Of a stretch of 64,000 nt of DNA, positions 28,379 through 47,084 are shown piece by piece. Where the stretch lies: assembly GCF_009914755.1 (NCBI RefSeq), contig NC_060935.1; one strand, 5' to 3'. The first letter of the stretch is position 1; every line of letters starts with the position of its first letter. This DNA comes from the human T2T-CHM13v2.0 reference genome, Homo sapiens. Under the pieces are notes generated by a model. The model had not been told where the DNA came from, did no database searches, and saw only the letters and a list, made by a program, of their open reading frames with translations. A program made the position numbers and the translations under genes.

Positions 28379-29713
28379 TTGGAAGGGTGGTGAGGGGGAT
28401 GATGAGGGGTTGGTTAATTTTATGTTATGTTAATTTCACTTCAATAAAGATTATGTAGATTTATATGTAAATAAAGTATATAAAAACAAGGGTAATAAAA
28501 CTCAAAATCCATCACTTTCTAATTATTTTCTATAATCTATGTTGCTGAATCCAAGTCTATGTTTTTTTCATTGCATATATGTGTGTGTGTGTAAAGAAGA
28601 GAGAGAGGGTATATTATGTAATGATGTGTTACTTTGCGTCTCTCACAATTTTAAGCTGGAGTTGGTAATTTGAAAGTGGCCACAGAGAGGATATTTATGT
28701 AATAGAAACAGGCAAATGCTACAAAACAGGAATTTTATTTTCTGAAGAGCTGGTTAAAACATTTACAACACACTCTTGATTGTAATCCTTCGTAGTCTTC
28801 TCTGTTTCCCCTTGGCTCACTGACTGTAATCCCCAGAAACAGAGATTATGGCTTGTTCAGCTTTGAGTCCTGAAGACAGAACACGGTGCTGGCGATGACT
28901 GAGCACTTTTAAGAACTGACCAAAGAAGGTATGTTCTGTAAACTTTCGTATCTTTAGGCTTCCACGTTTCTTTCCTTTACTGCCTGTTTTCTAGTTGATT
29001 TGGGAAAATTCCAGCTTTATTCTGAATAAACTAAAGGAAGTTGTCTACATAAATCTTTTCCTAGAGGAAAACAAGAGCCCAGTGATCCAGGAAGCCATCT
29101 CCAGCTTGGACAAAGTGACATTTGGAACTGTGGGGCAGAGAGGGAAAGTCAGATGGAGAGTCAGTGACAGCTAGGATTGCTGATCTCTTCCTGCCAGGCA
29201 TTGCTCTGATCCTTTCCTAAAGTTAGTGTATCCTCAGCTGCAGAGAATGGTTTCTTTCTAGGGACCCTGCTGTGTTCTGCTAAAAACTGGACTCCTTTCT
29301 GAGCTATATAGGAAATGTAGACAAAATATTACATGGATACATATTCCATTATCATTAAGGAAAAATTCTGTTCAATTTTTTCTCTACTTTTTCCCCTAGT
29401 AAACTAGGCGTGCTCTTTTTTTCGTGATAACACAATGCCAGAGTCGTGTCTCAAAAAAATTAAGTCTTCTCAACGAAAAACTTCTAGTAGAATGGAATCT
29501 TAGAAAGATACAGGGAGAAGATTTCCTCTCTTCCTTATATTTACAGAGAAACTTCAGTCCAACTAGAAATATGTCAATTTAAGAACAGTAACAATGAATA
29601 TTATTCTTATTACTACTATGCAATCTCCGAATGTATGTATAACTGCTAGCTTCTTTTTGTCTCTCTTAATATACATTTCTCCTTGGAAGACTTATTTGAA
29701 CAAAGGAGTCTTA

Positions 29714-30035
<322 letters not shown>

Positions 30036-30312
30036 ACTCTGGGACTTCAGAAATTCTTTCCATGCCCAATGGAAATAACACAATTTCAAAAATAAGACTG
30101 AAATTCTGAGTGCTTGTCTTACTTGAGCATTTATTACATCTATATTAAATTTAGAATGGATATCACTGTGTTCTTAAATGGTATGGGTACTATAAGAATA
30201 TCAAATCAGAAGTGTGTTAGTGACATTTCTTCTTAAAATGAAACGAACAAATGAAGGACTTCGTTAGCTTTTGTGTTTAATAAAGCATCTGAGAGTTTTA
30301 AGAACTTAAGTT

Positions 30313-33567
<3,255 letters not shown>

Positions 33568-34116
33568 AAGAATTTAAGTTAATGGAGAGACAAAGAAGAA
33601 GAAATAGCCTCTGACATTGCAAAAATATGCTTATCACATGTTGCCTTAGTGGGCTTTGTTTTTCTTACTGTCAGGGAAGGAGCAGATGGGGATTTTGATG
33701 AAAGAGTTACTGAAATTGAATGTCTCTTCTTTTTCCCACAAAGTTTTGAGTTTACTCTGTTTCTGGGCATGACTACTATTCACTTCATTTAATTGAGAAA
33801 CTATGAAATCATAATTAAATATAAAGGGCTCAGAGGTGAAAGGCAAACAAGAGCTGTTGTTCAGGTAGCTTTGCCCATAATAGACAAGGAAAATGAGAGC
33901 TTTGGGTTAGATGGGCAGTTGCAGAGGCAACCATGGTTTCTTCTCTATGAGACCACATAGTGTCATGGGAAGGAAACCAGATTTACAGTTCTCTGTCTGC
34001 TCTTTACCACCTGTGTGATCTTGAGTTCGTTACTCACCATCTGTGATTATTTATCTTTTTTCTATATTAAAATGGCCACTATCAAAACCATTTCTTATTA
34101 AGATGATCAAATGACA

Positions 34117-37100
34117 TGTTTTAGTTTTCTATTGCTGTGTAGCAAATTACCATAAACTTGAGGGTTTAAAGACACACATTTATTATCTCACAGTTTCTAT
34201 AAGTCAGAAGTCCAGGCATAGTGTAGTTATGTTCTCTGCTTTAAGAGCTCACCAGATTTTAATCTAGGTGTTTGCTGAGGATGTGGTCTCATCAAAGGTT
34301 TGAGCGGTGCTATGGTTTGAATGTTTGTCTGCTCCAAAACTCATGTTGAAATTTGGTTCCCACCATGGTGGTATTAGAATATGAGAATTTTGGGAAGCAA
34401 AAGGGCCATGAGGGCTCTGCCTTCATATGTGGGATTAATGCTCTTATAAAAGAGTGAGTTTGGTCTTCTTTTTCCTCTGTGCTCTTCTGCCATGTGAGGA
34501 CATGTTGTTCCTCTCTGTTGGAGGATGTTGCAAGAAGGCCATTGTCAGATGCTGGTGGCTTTATCTTGGACTTCCCAGCCTGCAAAACTGTAAGAAAATA
34601 AATTTCTATTCTTTATAAATTACCCAGTCTCAGGTATTCTATTATAACAGCACAAATGGACTAAGACAGCAGGGTAAAGATCCGTCTTCAAGCTTTCTAA
34701 GGTTGTTGGCAGAATTCATCTTATAATTATAGGATTGAGGTCCCTATTTTCTTGTCTAGAGGCCATTCTCAGCTCTCAGAGGCTGCCCATAGTTCTTTGC
34801 CACATGATATTCTCCATTGCCACATGCTATTCTCCACAGGCCTTCTCTAAATATGGTGACTTGCCTTTTCAAAGCCAGCATGGAGGAACTTCTTGTCCTC
34901 ATCTGCTGGAATGGTGGCTTCTAAAATGTAACGTGATCATGGGAGTTAGATCCTGTCATCTTTGCCATATTCTATTAGCTAAAAGCAAATCACAGGACCC
35001 ACTTAGACTCAAGAGAGAAAATTACATAAATATGTGGACACCAGGACATGGGAACCTTAAGATCTGCTTACCACAATCTACCATCTGGCCCCTAGTGATT
35101 CATGTCCCTCTCACATAAATAAATTTATCCCCTTTGATATGGTTTGGTTCTGTGTCCCCAACCAAATCTCATCTTGAATTGTTATCCCCACGTGTCAAGG
35201 GAGGGACCCAGTGGGAGTTGATTGGATCATGGAGGTGGTTTCCCTCATGCTGTTCTCATGATTGTGAGTGAGTTCTCATGAGATCTGATGGTTTTATAAG
35301 TGCAGTTTCCCCTGTTCTTCTCTCTCCTGCTGCCACGTAAGACCTGCCTGTTTCCCCTTCTGCCATGATTGTAAGTTTCCTGAGGCTTCCCCAGCCATGC
35401 AGAACTCTGAGTCGATTAAACCCTTTTTCTGTATAAATTACTGTGTCTTGGGTATTTCTTTATAGCAGTGTAAAAACAGACTACTATACCCCTTATCAGT
35501 TCTGAGAGTGTCATCCCACTATGAATTACTTGACCTCCAAAATTTCATTATTTAAATTAAGTCCAGGCATGGATTAAACTCCTAGGTGTAATCTGTTAAG
35601 TATACCTTCTGGGGAAGTGTTGGTCTCCATCTACAGACTGGTGAAACTAAAGATCCAAGTTATCTGTCTCCAGTATACCTAACATACAATGATGGGACAG
35701 ACATAGGATAAAAGCTATGGGCGTTTTAGTTCAAAAAGGGGGAAAATAGAAGTTTAAAAATGTGTCACTTTTTCATAATAGTCTTGAAATCCAGCTGGGA
35801 AAGCTATAGTTGGCATTCCTTTATTACGTTTCAAGATCTGAATGTAATTTTCTATGGTTCCTAGTTTTACTCTCTGGGTTCTTAATTCTGCCGCCTGAGT
35901 CATCCTTCCTTTTTCATGAAAGGTAGCATGTGTTCACAGCTGAGTAGTTTTATTAGCCTTCTTCCTGCCAGTAGGATTTTTTTTGGGGGGAGGCATCTAA
36001 CAGCCTCTTTTCATTCTGTACTCTCTTTGTCTTTCAGTTTAAGTGGCAGTGTTTCTGCTGAACTAAGTTTTCAAGAACATGTGGGTCTTTGATGTATTAC
36101 AGTGGAGTTTATTAGAAAAAAGCCACATTTATAGACCGTTTTCAGATAAACCCTTCCATACTTTGGCCTTCTGCTGAGAAGGGGAAGGGACAGTGCCCTA
36201 AAGCTTCCAACTAGGGGACTTTGTGTTGGATTGATGTCTGGGAGGCAAACTCTGATTCTCTTAAAAGAACACTTTATGTGCCTGATTAATCTAAACTTTT
36301 TATATTTCTGATTTTTCAGCAAAGGATTATACAGTCATACCCAGCAGAGATTCATGATGGAGTCTCTCAATTGTAGTGTGTTTTGCCTTTTGGAGAGGCT
36401 GAGAATTTCAAAATTATGGAGTCCTGGTTTCTTTTTATCTAATAATTCTTTTCTCAAATTTATCTTTCACCTCTCACATTTTATTACAAGCTGAAAGAAG
36501 AAATCAGGAGAAATCTTCAACACTTTGCCTGGAAGTCTCTTTAACTATAACCAAATTTGTTACTTACAGGTTCTGATTTGTATGTAACTCCAGGAAATAA
36601 TTTTGCTAGGTCATTCTGCCACTATATAAGAAGGATCCTTTTCCTCCTGACTCCAATAGCATGTTCTTTACTTTCTTCTGAGCCTTCACTGCAGTATCCT
36701 TAAATTCTAGATCTCTACTAATAGTCCATCCAGGGCAATTTAGACTTTTTCTATCATGTTCCTCAAAATTATTCTAGCCTGCTCCCACTTCCCAATTCCA
36801 AAGCTGTTTCCATGTTTTTTAGGTTTTTGTTATAGCACCACTCAACTTCTAGAAACTAGAAATCTCTATTATTTTTATATTGCTGTGTAACAAATTACCA
36901 CAAACTTAGTATCTTAAAACAATACATCTCTATCATAGTTCCTGTCAGAAGCTCTGGCATGACTTAGCTGGGTCCTCTGCTTGGGGTCTCACAAGGCTGC
37001 AATCCAGGTGCCAACTGAGCTGTATTCTCATGCAGAGGCTTGGCTGGAGAAAAACTGCTTCCAGGCTTATGTGTTGGCAGAATTCAATTCGTTGTGGTTG

Positions 37101-37460
37101 TTGGACTGAGGTTCCCATTTTTTTGTTGGCTGTCATCCAGGGCTGCTCTCAGCTCCTGGAGGCTGCCTATAGTTCCTTACCACATAGCCATCTCCATAGC
37201 TCCTCTCACAACACGATGGCTTACCTTTCAAGGCAACTGGAGAGAGAAGTATCTGCCCTAAGGAAGGACTCAGTCTCTTTTTTAAGGGCTTTACCTAATT
37301 AAGTCAGGCCTATTCAAGATAGTCTTCCTTGTGGTTAACTCAAAGTCAGTTTGGGACTTTAATTGCCTCTGAAAAACCCCTTCACCTCTGCCATATTACT
37401 CAAAAGAAGAGGAGACATTATATAAGGCACGAATCATGGAGCCTGCCTTATCTGTCTGCC
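34117..37460 (-). mobile_element. MLT1 MaLR provirus remnant (LTR-int-LTR) with nested MST LTRs at ~34307-34668 and ~35135-35488
   Basis: Two related LTRs (attgctgtgta(g/a)caaattacca) at ~34117-35075 and ~36866-37460 flank a decayed internal region. Confidence 0.75.
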
Positions 37461-37912
37461 AACTAACAAAACAAAAAAAGTGCTTATCCCAGTGTTTGAT
37501 CTAAAGTAGGGGCTCAATAAATGTTAACTACTTCAGTCGTTTAATTTTTTGAAAATCCCTGCTGAAACTACAGTGTCCATCCCAGTGGGATGTGGAGCTC
37601 AAACATGTAAATTCTCATGGAAGGGAAGGAGGACCTAAATGAGGTTACCACTGTCAAGCCAAGAGAACATCTCATTCTCCTAGAGATTACAGAATTTCTT
37701 AGAGTTAATGAAAATATATAGAGAGGAGCCATGACTGAGGACCTAGAAGAGCTAACCCAGAGAATTTATATGGAATGTATGTTCATATTGGGTTTCAGGA
37801 ATTTTTCACTGTGACAAGTTAAAACACAAAGAGGAACAGAGAGTGGGCAGAAAGAAATTGGAGATTAGGAGGCTTAGCAATTGTAGCTGGGCTATTCAGG
37901 ACATGGAATTCA

Positions 37913-38322
<410 letters not shown>

Positions 38323-39360
38323 CTAGCAGGTATAGCAGAAAAAAAGTTAGGAAAAGAAAGAAGGGCTGCTTGAATAGGATGAACAAGGCCCAAGCACCAG
38401 AGAAACCTGCAGGACTGGGGACGGAAACACAGGAAAGAGAGAAGCTCCTCAGATAGGTCTCTCTCCAATCTCCAGGTGACCACAAAGATTTAAAGTAGAA
38501 TGGCGGACCAGCCACTAGAGGGAGCATTAATACAGTCTTTTGTATTACTGTGTCAAGTTATGATGAAGATATGGAAGGTGACATTGAAAAACAAAGTAAT
38601 GATCAAGACAGAGGGCCTGAATTAAGGCCAAGCCTTTTTCCTTTGTACTGTAACTTGAAGTTACATACCACAGCTGCAGCCAGGGAATCTGATTCTATTG
38701 GGTAACTTTCAGAAGAATCTTCCCATCTCCTGGTACTTCTACTATGAGTTAATAAGAAATATTGGGCATGGGAATTGCTTTAATGTGGAGACTATCATTA
38801 TTTTGGTGTAGACTGAAGGTAACAGGAGATGCTGTGTCTCTTTTCTGCTAATGTTTTTGGCAAGTCCTGGGTTTGGTTTGGTTTTGTTCTTTTCTCCAAG
38901 AAGGGACATTCTTTCCTCAAGGAGATGAAGGTTGTGACCTAGGGAGGTCTCTCTAGCCTTTGAAATCCTATAGCCGTTGACCACCAAGTGGGTTAGGAGG
39001 GAACCAAAAAATAGGATACAAACTGCAGTTGCTTTTTCCTTCTAAGGCTTCTATTAAGCTAGAATTCTCAGAGCTGTCATTTCAAGAGAATAGACCAGGA
39101 CATGTAGGGAGGTGGGAAGAATTTTCAATGATAATTGTCTCTACTGTACAACCCGGTGCATATTTGGACAAACATTGTGTGGCTCTAGGAGGTGGGGAGT
39201 CAATGTAGGTCCCACCACACCATCAGACTCTCCTCACTCTGCACTCCACATGAGTAAGCTCTGTGGGGCACTGTGGAAATGGGTCAGAAGAGAGTTTTCA
39301 AGATGACTTTCCCTGATGGGAGCTGGCAGCCTTTTGATATGTACCCAATGAAAAATATGA

Positions 39361-39712
<352 letters not shown>

Positions 39713-40947
39713 TCAGGATACCACTTTTGATCATCAGGCAAAACAGAAAAAGATTTCAACTTTGAACTAAATATAATTGATATCTAAATATATGAATTAA
39801 GTTCCACATTGCTCTAGAGAAATATATCTTTCAACCAAATTAGTTAAGGAACAAGTAAAACTCTAGAGAAAGATACCTTTCTCTAGAGCAATGTGGAAAT
39901 TAATTCACGTATTTAGTTCTCACCAAAGACTGAGTCCCTGGTAGTTATGAAGCTTACTAAATTGATCTTTACTGAGGATTAATGCAAAAGCATTGACTAG
40001 GTGTAGGTAGTGTCAGAACAAACTTTAGTATTTTTTTTTCAGAAGGTAATTATCTTTATAGTTAGGAAATGAAGAAGGAATCCATTCCTTTGGCCAGAGT
40101 ATCTGGGAGGAAATCCTTTGCAGTTACATAAAAAGTGAACTTTTTTGGTTACAGGAAGGATGTAATAACAAGTAACAGGATTACATCTTTTTCAAGACCA
40201 TGTTTTCTCATTTCACAGACTTACTGTCTAAAATATACACCTATAAAATGGTGTGTACATCTGAGACTTTTGTATTAGGAACCTGTTCTGATAGTCTCCA
40301 AAGGTAACAAGTCCTTCTTTGTAGCCTTGTATGCCCCAGAGCAGGTGCTAGGGTCATGCAAATGAGAAAGAAGTGGGTATGCGAGTGATGGGAAGATGGA
40401 AGAGGAGGAGGAAAATGTCCCTTAGTTGTTGTCAACTCTACTGTTACCCACAAAGAAGGACTTGTGTGCTAGAGGTAGATTATTTACCCATACTTTTGGA
40501 TGCTGGAAAAATTTAGACAATAATTTGGACAATAATTGTTCCTCCTATCCAATAATACAACTTTGGTCTATTGTGGATATAGATTCAGAGAAGGCAGGAA
40601 TTCATTCAAGGAAAGGAAAATGCTGCAAAAAACTAGTGGAGGTGTGAAGGCTTTTAATGTCTTCACTTCTATGCCTGATTTACCTGACATATTGGCGCAT
40701 CAAACAAGCTTGGTTTTAAGCTAATTTAGAGTAAGAAGTATGAGTTAATATTTCAAATCAGTTCTCAATCTTTATTTAAAATTATCATCTGGGGACATTA
40801 AAAAAAATTCCCAGTCCCACTCACAGAAGTTCTGACATGTGAAGCCTAGTTATTGTTCAGAAACTATCATTTTCTAAAACACTCCAAAGTTCATTTAATA
40901 CATGCTTCCAAATGTTAAGTATTCAATCCCATTTTGTAAAAACACTA

Positions 40948-41298
<351 letters not shown>

Positions 41299-42391
41299 TC
41301 AGTGGAGAAAATGTGGGAGTGTAAAATATTAATTTTGCCATTTTGGATGGTCTGGATATAGAAACAACTCATTTGAGAGTTTTTGCATCCTGGTTTCCAA
41401 CTAAAGTATTCTTTCTGGCTGAATGTTTGCATGAACACACCTGAAGACTCTATTGCTATGCTAGAATGTTCAACTGAGGGTTGTTTCAGAATTTAACCTC
41501 AAAGGATAAAGAAATGGAAAAAGGGTGAGCTCTAAAGAGACATGGAACATAGATCCAAAAGTGCTGCCAATGCTGACTGACTAACATAATTTTGAGAAGG
41601 AGAGATTAGAAAGAATAGAGGAGAAAAATGATCAAAGAAACAATAGAGGAACACTTCCCAGAGCTGCAGTATGACCTGATTCTTCATATTGAAAGTATAC
41701 ATCAACTGTTGAACAAAGCAAATCAAAGTATTAATAATTAATAAAATAACTTATAATTATTGTAATACTTGAAATATTGTAAAATTTTTGAAAGTATATA
41801 TCAAATGTTGAACACAATGAATAATACAATTATTCTAATTAATAATATATAATAATAAAATAATACAATTATAAATAATTATAAATTGTTAAATAGTTAT
41901 AAAAACAAAATTTTAAAATAATGAAATTATAATTTTATCATTATAATTATTCTTTTCAACATTTGACGTATACTTTCAATGCAAAGAATCAGGTCATATT
42001 GCAGTTCTGGGAAGCATCCTTTTATAATATAATATGATATTTTAGGATATGATTATAATATAAATATGTAATATCATATTCTAAATAATATGACCAGAAC
42101 CTAACATTATATACCAATCAAATTAGTAAAGGAACAAGTAAAACTATTAGCAAAATACTTGTGGTTGTATAATGTAAAAATTAGGAACAGTTTCTAATTA
42201 AAATTCTAGCTGGTTCAATATAGGAGAGATAATGTTTTATGGATGAGGACAGTGCGTATGTGGTGGTTGTGGTGAGAGTGAATTTATGCAATATTAATAG
42301 AAAATTATTTTTGAAGGTCTCAGATAATGATGGAGTGCAGTCATGACACTCACACAAAAGGGTGATTATATCCTAACTAATGGAATAATGA

Positions 42392-43075
42392 TGAAGCCGT
42401 CTTTGCAAAATTGTGAATGAGACAGTGAAAGAGATCTAACTTAACTAACTCCATCTTGCTTCTAACCTCCAATTTGTCCTTGTTCATTCTTGGGTGTGGG
42501 TTGAACTAGCTTTGGGAGAAACTTAGTTTATAGTTTAAACAGAGATGGTGGCAGCCCTTTCCCAGGGCAGACTTCCTTTTTACCTGGGGACTAAATTGCT
42601 TTTGTAGGACTAAGATTAGCCACAAGATTATAAATTATGGTTTAGGAGTCATGCAGCTGGAGGCTGAAAGATTCTGAGCCTCTCTAAACTGCTCCTAAGA
42701 TCATTGCTTGAGAGATTTTGCAGATCCTGTACTTAATGGATCAGCCGGCACCACCCAGATCGATAAACTGGCTCATCTGATCTTGTGGTCCCCATCCAGG
42801 AACAAACTCAGCGCAAGAAGACAGCTTCAACTCCCTATGACTTCGTCCCTGACCAGTCAGCACTCCTGGCTCCCTGGCCTCCCCCAACCTGCCAAGTTGT
42901 CCTGAAAAACCCTGCTCCCCAAATGCTTGGGGAGACTGATTTGAGTCATAATAAAACTCTGGTCTCCCACACAGCTGGCTCTGTGTGAATTACTCTTTCT
43001 CTATTGCAATTCCCTTGTCTTGATGAATCAGCTCTGTCTAGGTAATGGGCAAGGTGATTCCCTTGAGCGATTACA
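42392..43075 (+). mobile_element. Solo LTR8-type (ERV1) LTR
   Basis: TGAAGCCGTCTTTGCAAAATT ... GATTACA; AATAAA at ~42950; 4-bp TSD ATGA (42388-91 and 43076-79). Confidence 0.88.
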
Positions 43076-43129
43076 ATGAAATGGAATTGGTTTTAATAAG
43101 TACCACAAAGGTAGGGAAAAGAATCCAGT

Positions 43130-43490
43130 CAAGAAATCATGGATACATATAAAGTGGCAGAGATAATCCAAGATTTCTATCTCTAGATAAATGCCAATAT
43201 GTGCACATATGCACCAAGACACATCTATGAGAATGTTCATGGCAGCACTATTCATAAAAGTCACAACTGGAAATAAAGCAAATATCCATCCACATCCAGA
43301 TGGGTAAATAAAGTTTGGCATATTCATACAATAGAATGTTATACAACAATGAAAACAAATACCACAGCTCTGCACAACAATATGGGTTAATCTCTCAATA
43401 TTAAGTTGTGAGAAAGGAGTCAAATACAAAAGAATAACACTGTAAACTTCCACATAAAGAAAGATAACTGGCAAAAATAATTTATAATAT
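43130..43490 (+). mobile_element. Old L1ME 3' fragment
   Basis: atgttcatggcagcactattcataaaagtcacaactggaaa is typical L1M 3' sequence. Confidence 0.7.
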
Positions 43491-44461
43491 TCCCATCTTT
43501 CCAGCATTTCAGACTCCAAAGAAACCTCTCTTTCCTTCAGTCCTTACAATCAGACATCACATCTTCATGATTTCATATTGAATTGTATTATCTATCTCTT
43601 CCTTAGTGCCAGGCACTTTGCTAGACAATAGGGTTGAAGAGAGAAATAAGAAAATGCATGGGAGAGTCTTTGAGCCTAAAATCCAGCAGCCTAGAGAAAA
43701 AGCTAAGAGTGACAAAAAGATTTACATCAAAGCATGTTAAGGGTCCTCTCCCCTTTGATGGCCTCACTTCCTAATTCTAGAGAAGCCATCTGGTCAGGCC
43801 TTTCTCACATTCAAACGTTTCACCTTCAAATTTAAGACTACAGTGGCCACCCTTGTGTTTTTTTTTTTCTGATCCCCAAGGAAGAAGTGTCCCTAATCTC
43901 TGTGCAATACTAATTCCGTCCTTGAAATCCTGCTCCTACTTATCTCCCCTAGGGTCTTGCTTTCTATCTCTTGAGTCTAAGATATCTCCAGCATCTTACT
44001 TTCTTGGTTGCTTCACTCTGGACAAGAAAACATACTCGAGGCTTCCCATACTACTTAAATGCAAATTGGTTCCTGCCTATTCTATAAGTTTTTACTTTCT
44101 TTATATTTTCATTATTTCTAGATTTCTCAAAAAAGTATTTCAATTCGGCATATCTGGCTCAATAAATGTTTGTTGATGAAATGAATTGATGAATTCGTTC
44201 CACCTACTTCTCATCATTTAGTCTCACTTCATCTTTTTCTTAAAAAGTTCTCTATAAGCCTGATGCTCACATTCAAATTACCAAGTCAGATGTCTCTACA
44301 ATATTTTCATCCTACTAATTCTAGGGACCTGTCTTTTTTGACTGCCTCTCCTTTCTTGTATCCATCATGAAAATATTCCTTTAAGTGAAACTGATCACAC
44401 AAGTAACATGGATTAGAGATTTATCAAAGATAAGCTAAAAATCCCAGAATTTGTTTCACAC

Positions 44462-44746
44462 TTTTTTTTTTTTGAGACGGAGTTTTGCTCTTTTGCCCAG
44501 GGTGGCATGATCTTGATCTTGGCTGCAACCTCTACCTTCTGGGTTCAAGCAATTTTCCTGCCTCAGTCTCCTGAGTAGCTGGGATTACAGGTTCCGCCAC
44601 CACACCTGGCTAATTTTTGTATTTTTAGTGGAGACGGTGTTTTACCATGTGGCCAGGCTGGTCTCAAACTCCTGACCTCAGGTGATCCACCCACCTCGGC
44701 CTCCCAAAGTGCTGGGATTACAGGCGTGAGCCATCGTGCCCAGCCT
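44462..44746 (-). mobile_element. AluS inserted among L2-like fragments
   Basis: Antisense Alu consensus. Confidence 0.93.
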
Positions 44747-45867
44747 TCATACATGTTTATTGAGGGCTTTCAGTGTGTTGAAAAAAGTTCTAGGTGCTGT
44801 GGGTTGACTGATGAATAGATTAGATCCCTACCCTTACAGAATTCACATTTTAATAGAGGAAGGATTATGAACTTGTAAATGTATGAATAAGTAGATAACA
44901 TTTTCAGAGTTTTTTAAGTGCTAAGAAAGAAATAAGGAAGTAATGGGATTAAAGGTCACTTGAGACTACTTTAGATTTTGTGCTTAGAGCGTACCTCTTT
45001 GAGGAGATGTATCTCTGCTGTTAACTATGTGATGCTTTAGGCCCTTCTTGTCTTTTCTAGTTTCTACCAAATTTTAGTTTGCCTCAGACTCTGACACCTA
45101 CCCTATATCTTACTATTCCTTTGGATTAGGAGTTGTTCTTTGGACTTGTTGGATTAACTATGTAGAAAGGTTTATTCAATTAAAAACTCATCCTAAATTC
45201 CTGGCTCTAGCCCTTTGGCCACATCTTCTTCTAGGAAAATTTTTGATAAAGGAAATCCACCCAGTTTTGATGGTGAAATGGTGAAGCAGGAAACTTTTAT
45301 GTCGTGGAAGCTTCATTTTCCTAGTTCTTCCCCCATAATTTTGCTTCCTGTTGAATACCCATTACATATTGGACATTAGTGTGCCCTATTTGCCTATTCT
45401 GTGAGAGTAGCCCTTGAATCTATTTTCTCACTCCTCTTGTGATCCATTTTCTACATTCCATCCTGAAAATCGTATTTAAATCATTTACTTCTTTGTTTAC
45501 AAACTTTTGAAATCCTACATTCGTTTATGATACAATGAAAACTACGTGACCCTGGCCTTTAAGACCCCTCATAATGTGGCAGCAATTAACCTCTGTAATT
45601 CCTTTTTACAACCACTCTTTTCCCTTTTCCTACCATCTGGGTCACTCTCTTCCCTTAAATGCCACATCAGCCATCTTCCCTCCACCTCAAGGACCTCAAG
45701 ATGTTTCTTGACTTTGCATATTTCACTATATGAACCCTTCCCTACTTTCTCTCCCTAGGATTTTACACTCCTGACCTAGTTCATGTTTCTCTTTATTTGT
45801 GAAGCTTCATTAATTTTCCAGGTCAAGTTAGTAACTCTCTTTTCTGTGTTTGCAATACTAGCTATTA

Positions 45868-46478
45868 TTCAAATGAGTCAAATTAACAACATGAAACTTT
45901 TTTACTTGAGCCCTTTGTTCCTGGAAAACAGTTATGGTTAAAGAAATCCATCCACTTTTTTTGTGTTCTGAGAAAGGGATTATTACAAAAAACCACCCCT
46001 CCCCATATGACTTAGATAAGGCATATGTGTCTTTTTTTTTATGATAGGCCAGACACAGACTCTTTAAATTCTCATTCTCAGCTTCATAAAAGATTAGCTG
46101 AACTGTTTATCCTCACTGGACAGTAGAAACAAAGTGATTATTAACTTGACCGAATATCAGTTAAATTTCTCTTCCTCTTCCATGCTCGTGAGTTTTGATC
46201 TATCCTTCTTCTGACCCAGCATACAACCCTCCTAAGAATCAGCTGACCTTGGGTAAAACATTTCATGGTGATCTTCCTGTCCCCGTACTGATATCTTTCT
46301 AGCTTTGTTGATCCTTCACCATAAAAGGAAATCTTTTTCTCTCTGGTCTTTGAGATGCTTGTAGCTCTTGTGGTTGGATGGTTTTCTCTATTGCAATACT
46401 CTCCTTCCTCTTGTTGCAATGATCCTTGTGAATAAAGTCTCTCTTTACCTAAAAATGTGTTTGTTTTTATTTGATAAC
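45868..46478 (+). mobile_element. MER67-like ERV1 LTR
   Basis: ctattgcaatac ... aataaagtctctctttac ... ttgtttttatttgataaca matches the recalled 3' end; 5' boundary approximate. Confidence 0.6.
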
Positions 46479-46786
46479 AAAAGTTACCAAAATGTTTTTT
46501 GTCTGTTTCAATTATATACTCCTTCTTCTCCCAGATTTGTAGCTTTTTGGAACCAGTCTTTTTCCTTTTCCTACCATCTGGCTCACTCTCTTCCCTTAAA
46601 TGCCACATATTGGACATTAGTATGCTCTATTAATGACAATGCCAAATCCACATTTGTATTCCCAGCATGTCTTAATCTCCCTGTGTCTGACTGCTCCCTA
46701 TGTTTATTTACATCAATTTCTCTTTCTACTTTAGTTTCTGGGTCTGTTGCTGTATCTCTCTGTCTGCTCTATTTCCTCTGTTCTTT

Positions 46787-47042
46787 ACCTACCTGTCCTG
46801 AGGCCAAGATCCTGTCTTCAGGTTGCTCCAGAGAGACGTGCATGGAGAGTAGGTTCCTTTTCTGGGGCTGGGGCTGCCGACGTACAGCTTCACCCCAGGC
46901 TTTGGCCCCTTATGTGAGACAGGAAACTGAGTTTATCCTCAGAGCAGTGCAAAACTTCCTGCTGTAAGGTTTTACTTTCGTATTTGTTTTTTGTTTCTAA
47001 ATCTGCTGATTGAAAGGAAGCCTGTTTATGCTTTCTTGCGAA
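46787..47042 (-). promoter_or_regulatory. Candidate GVINP1 promoter and non-coding first exon
   Basis: Donor CAG|GTAGGT at 46793/46792; ETS site CAGGAAGT 46954-46961; IRF-E-like GAAAGTAAAACC 46968-46979; TTC-N4-GAA 47033-47042; locally higher GC, non-repeat sequence. Confidence 0.5.
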
Positions 47043-47084
47043 CACCATGTTCATATGGGAACTGGACCATGTTTACATTGGGAC

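Noticed and set aside
46141-46967. 158-aa and 199-aa ORFs
   Set aside because: They span an LTR, a repair scar and low-complexity sequence, with no protein motifs.
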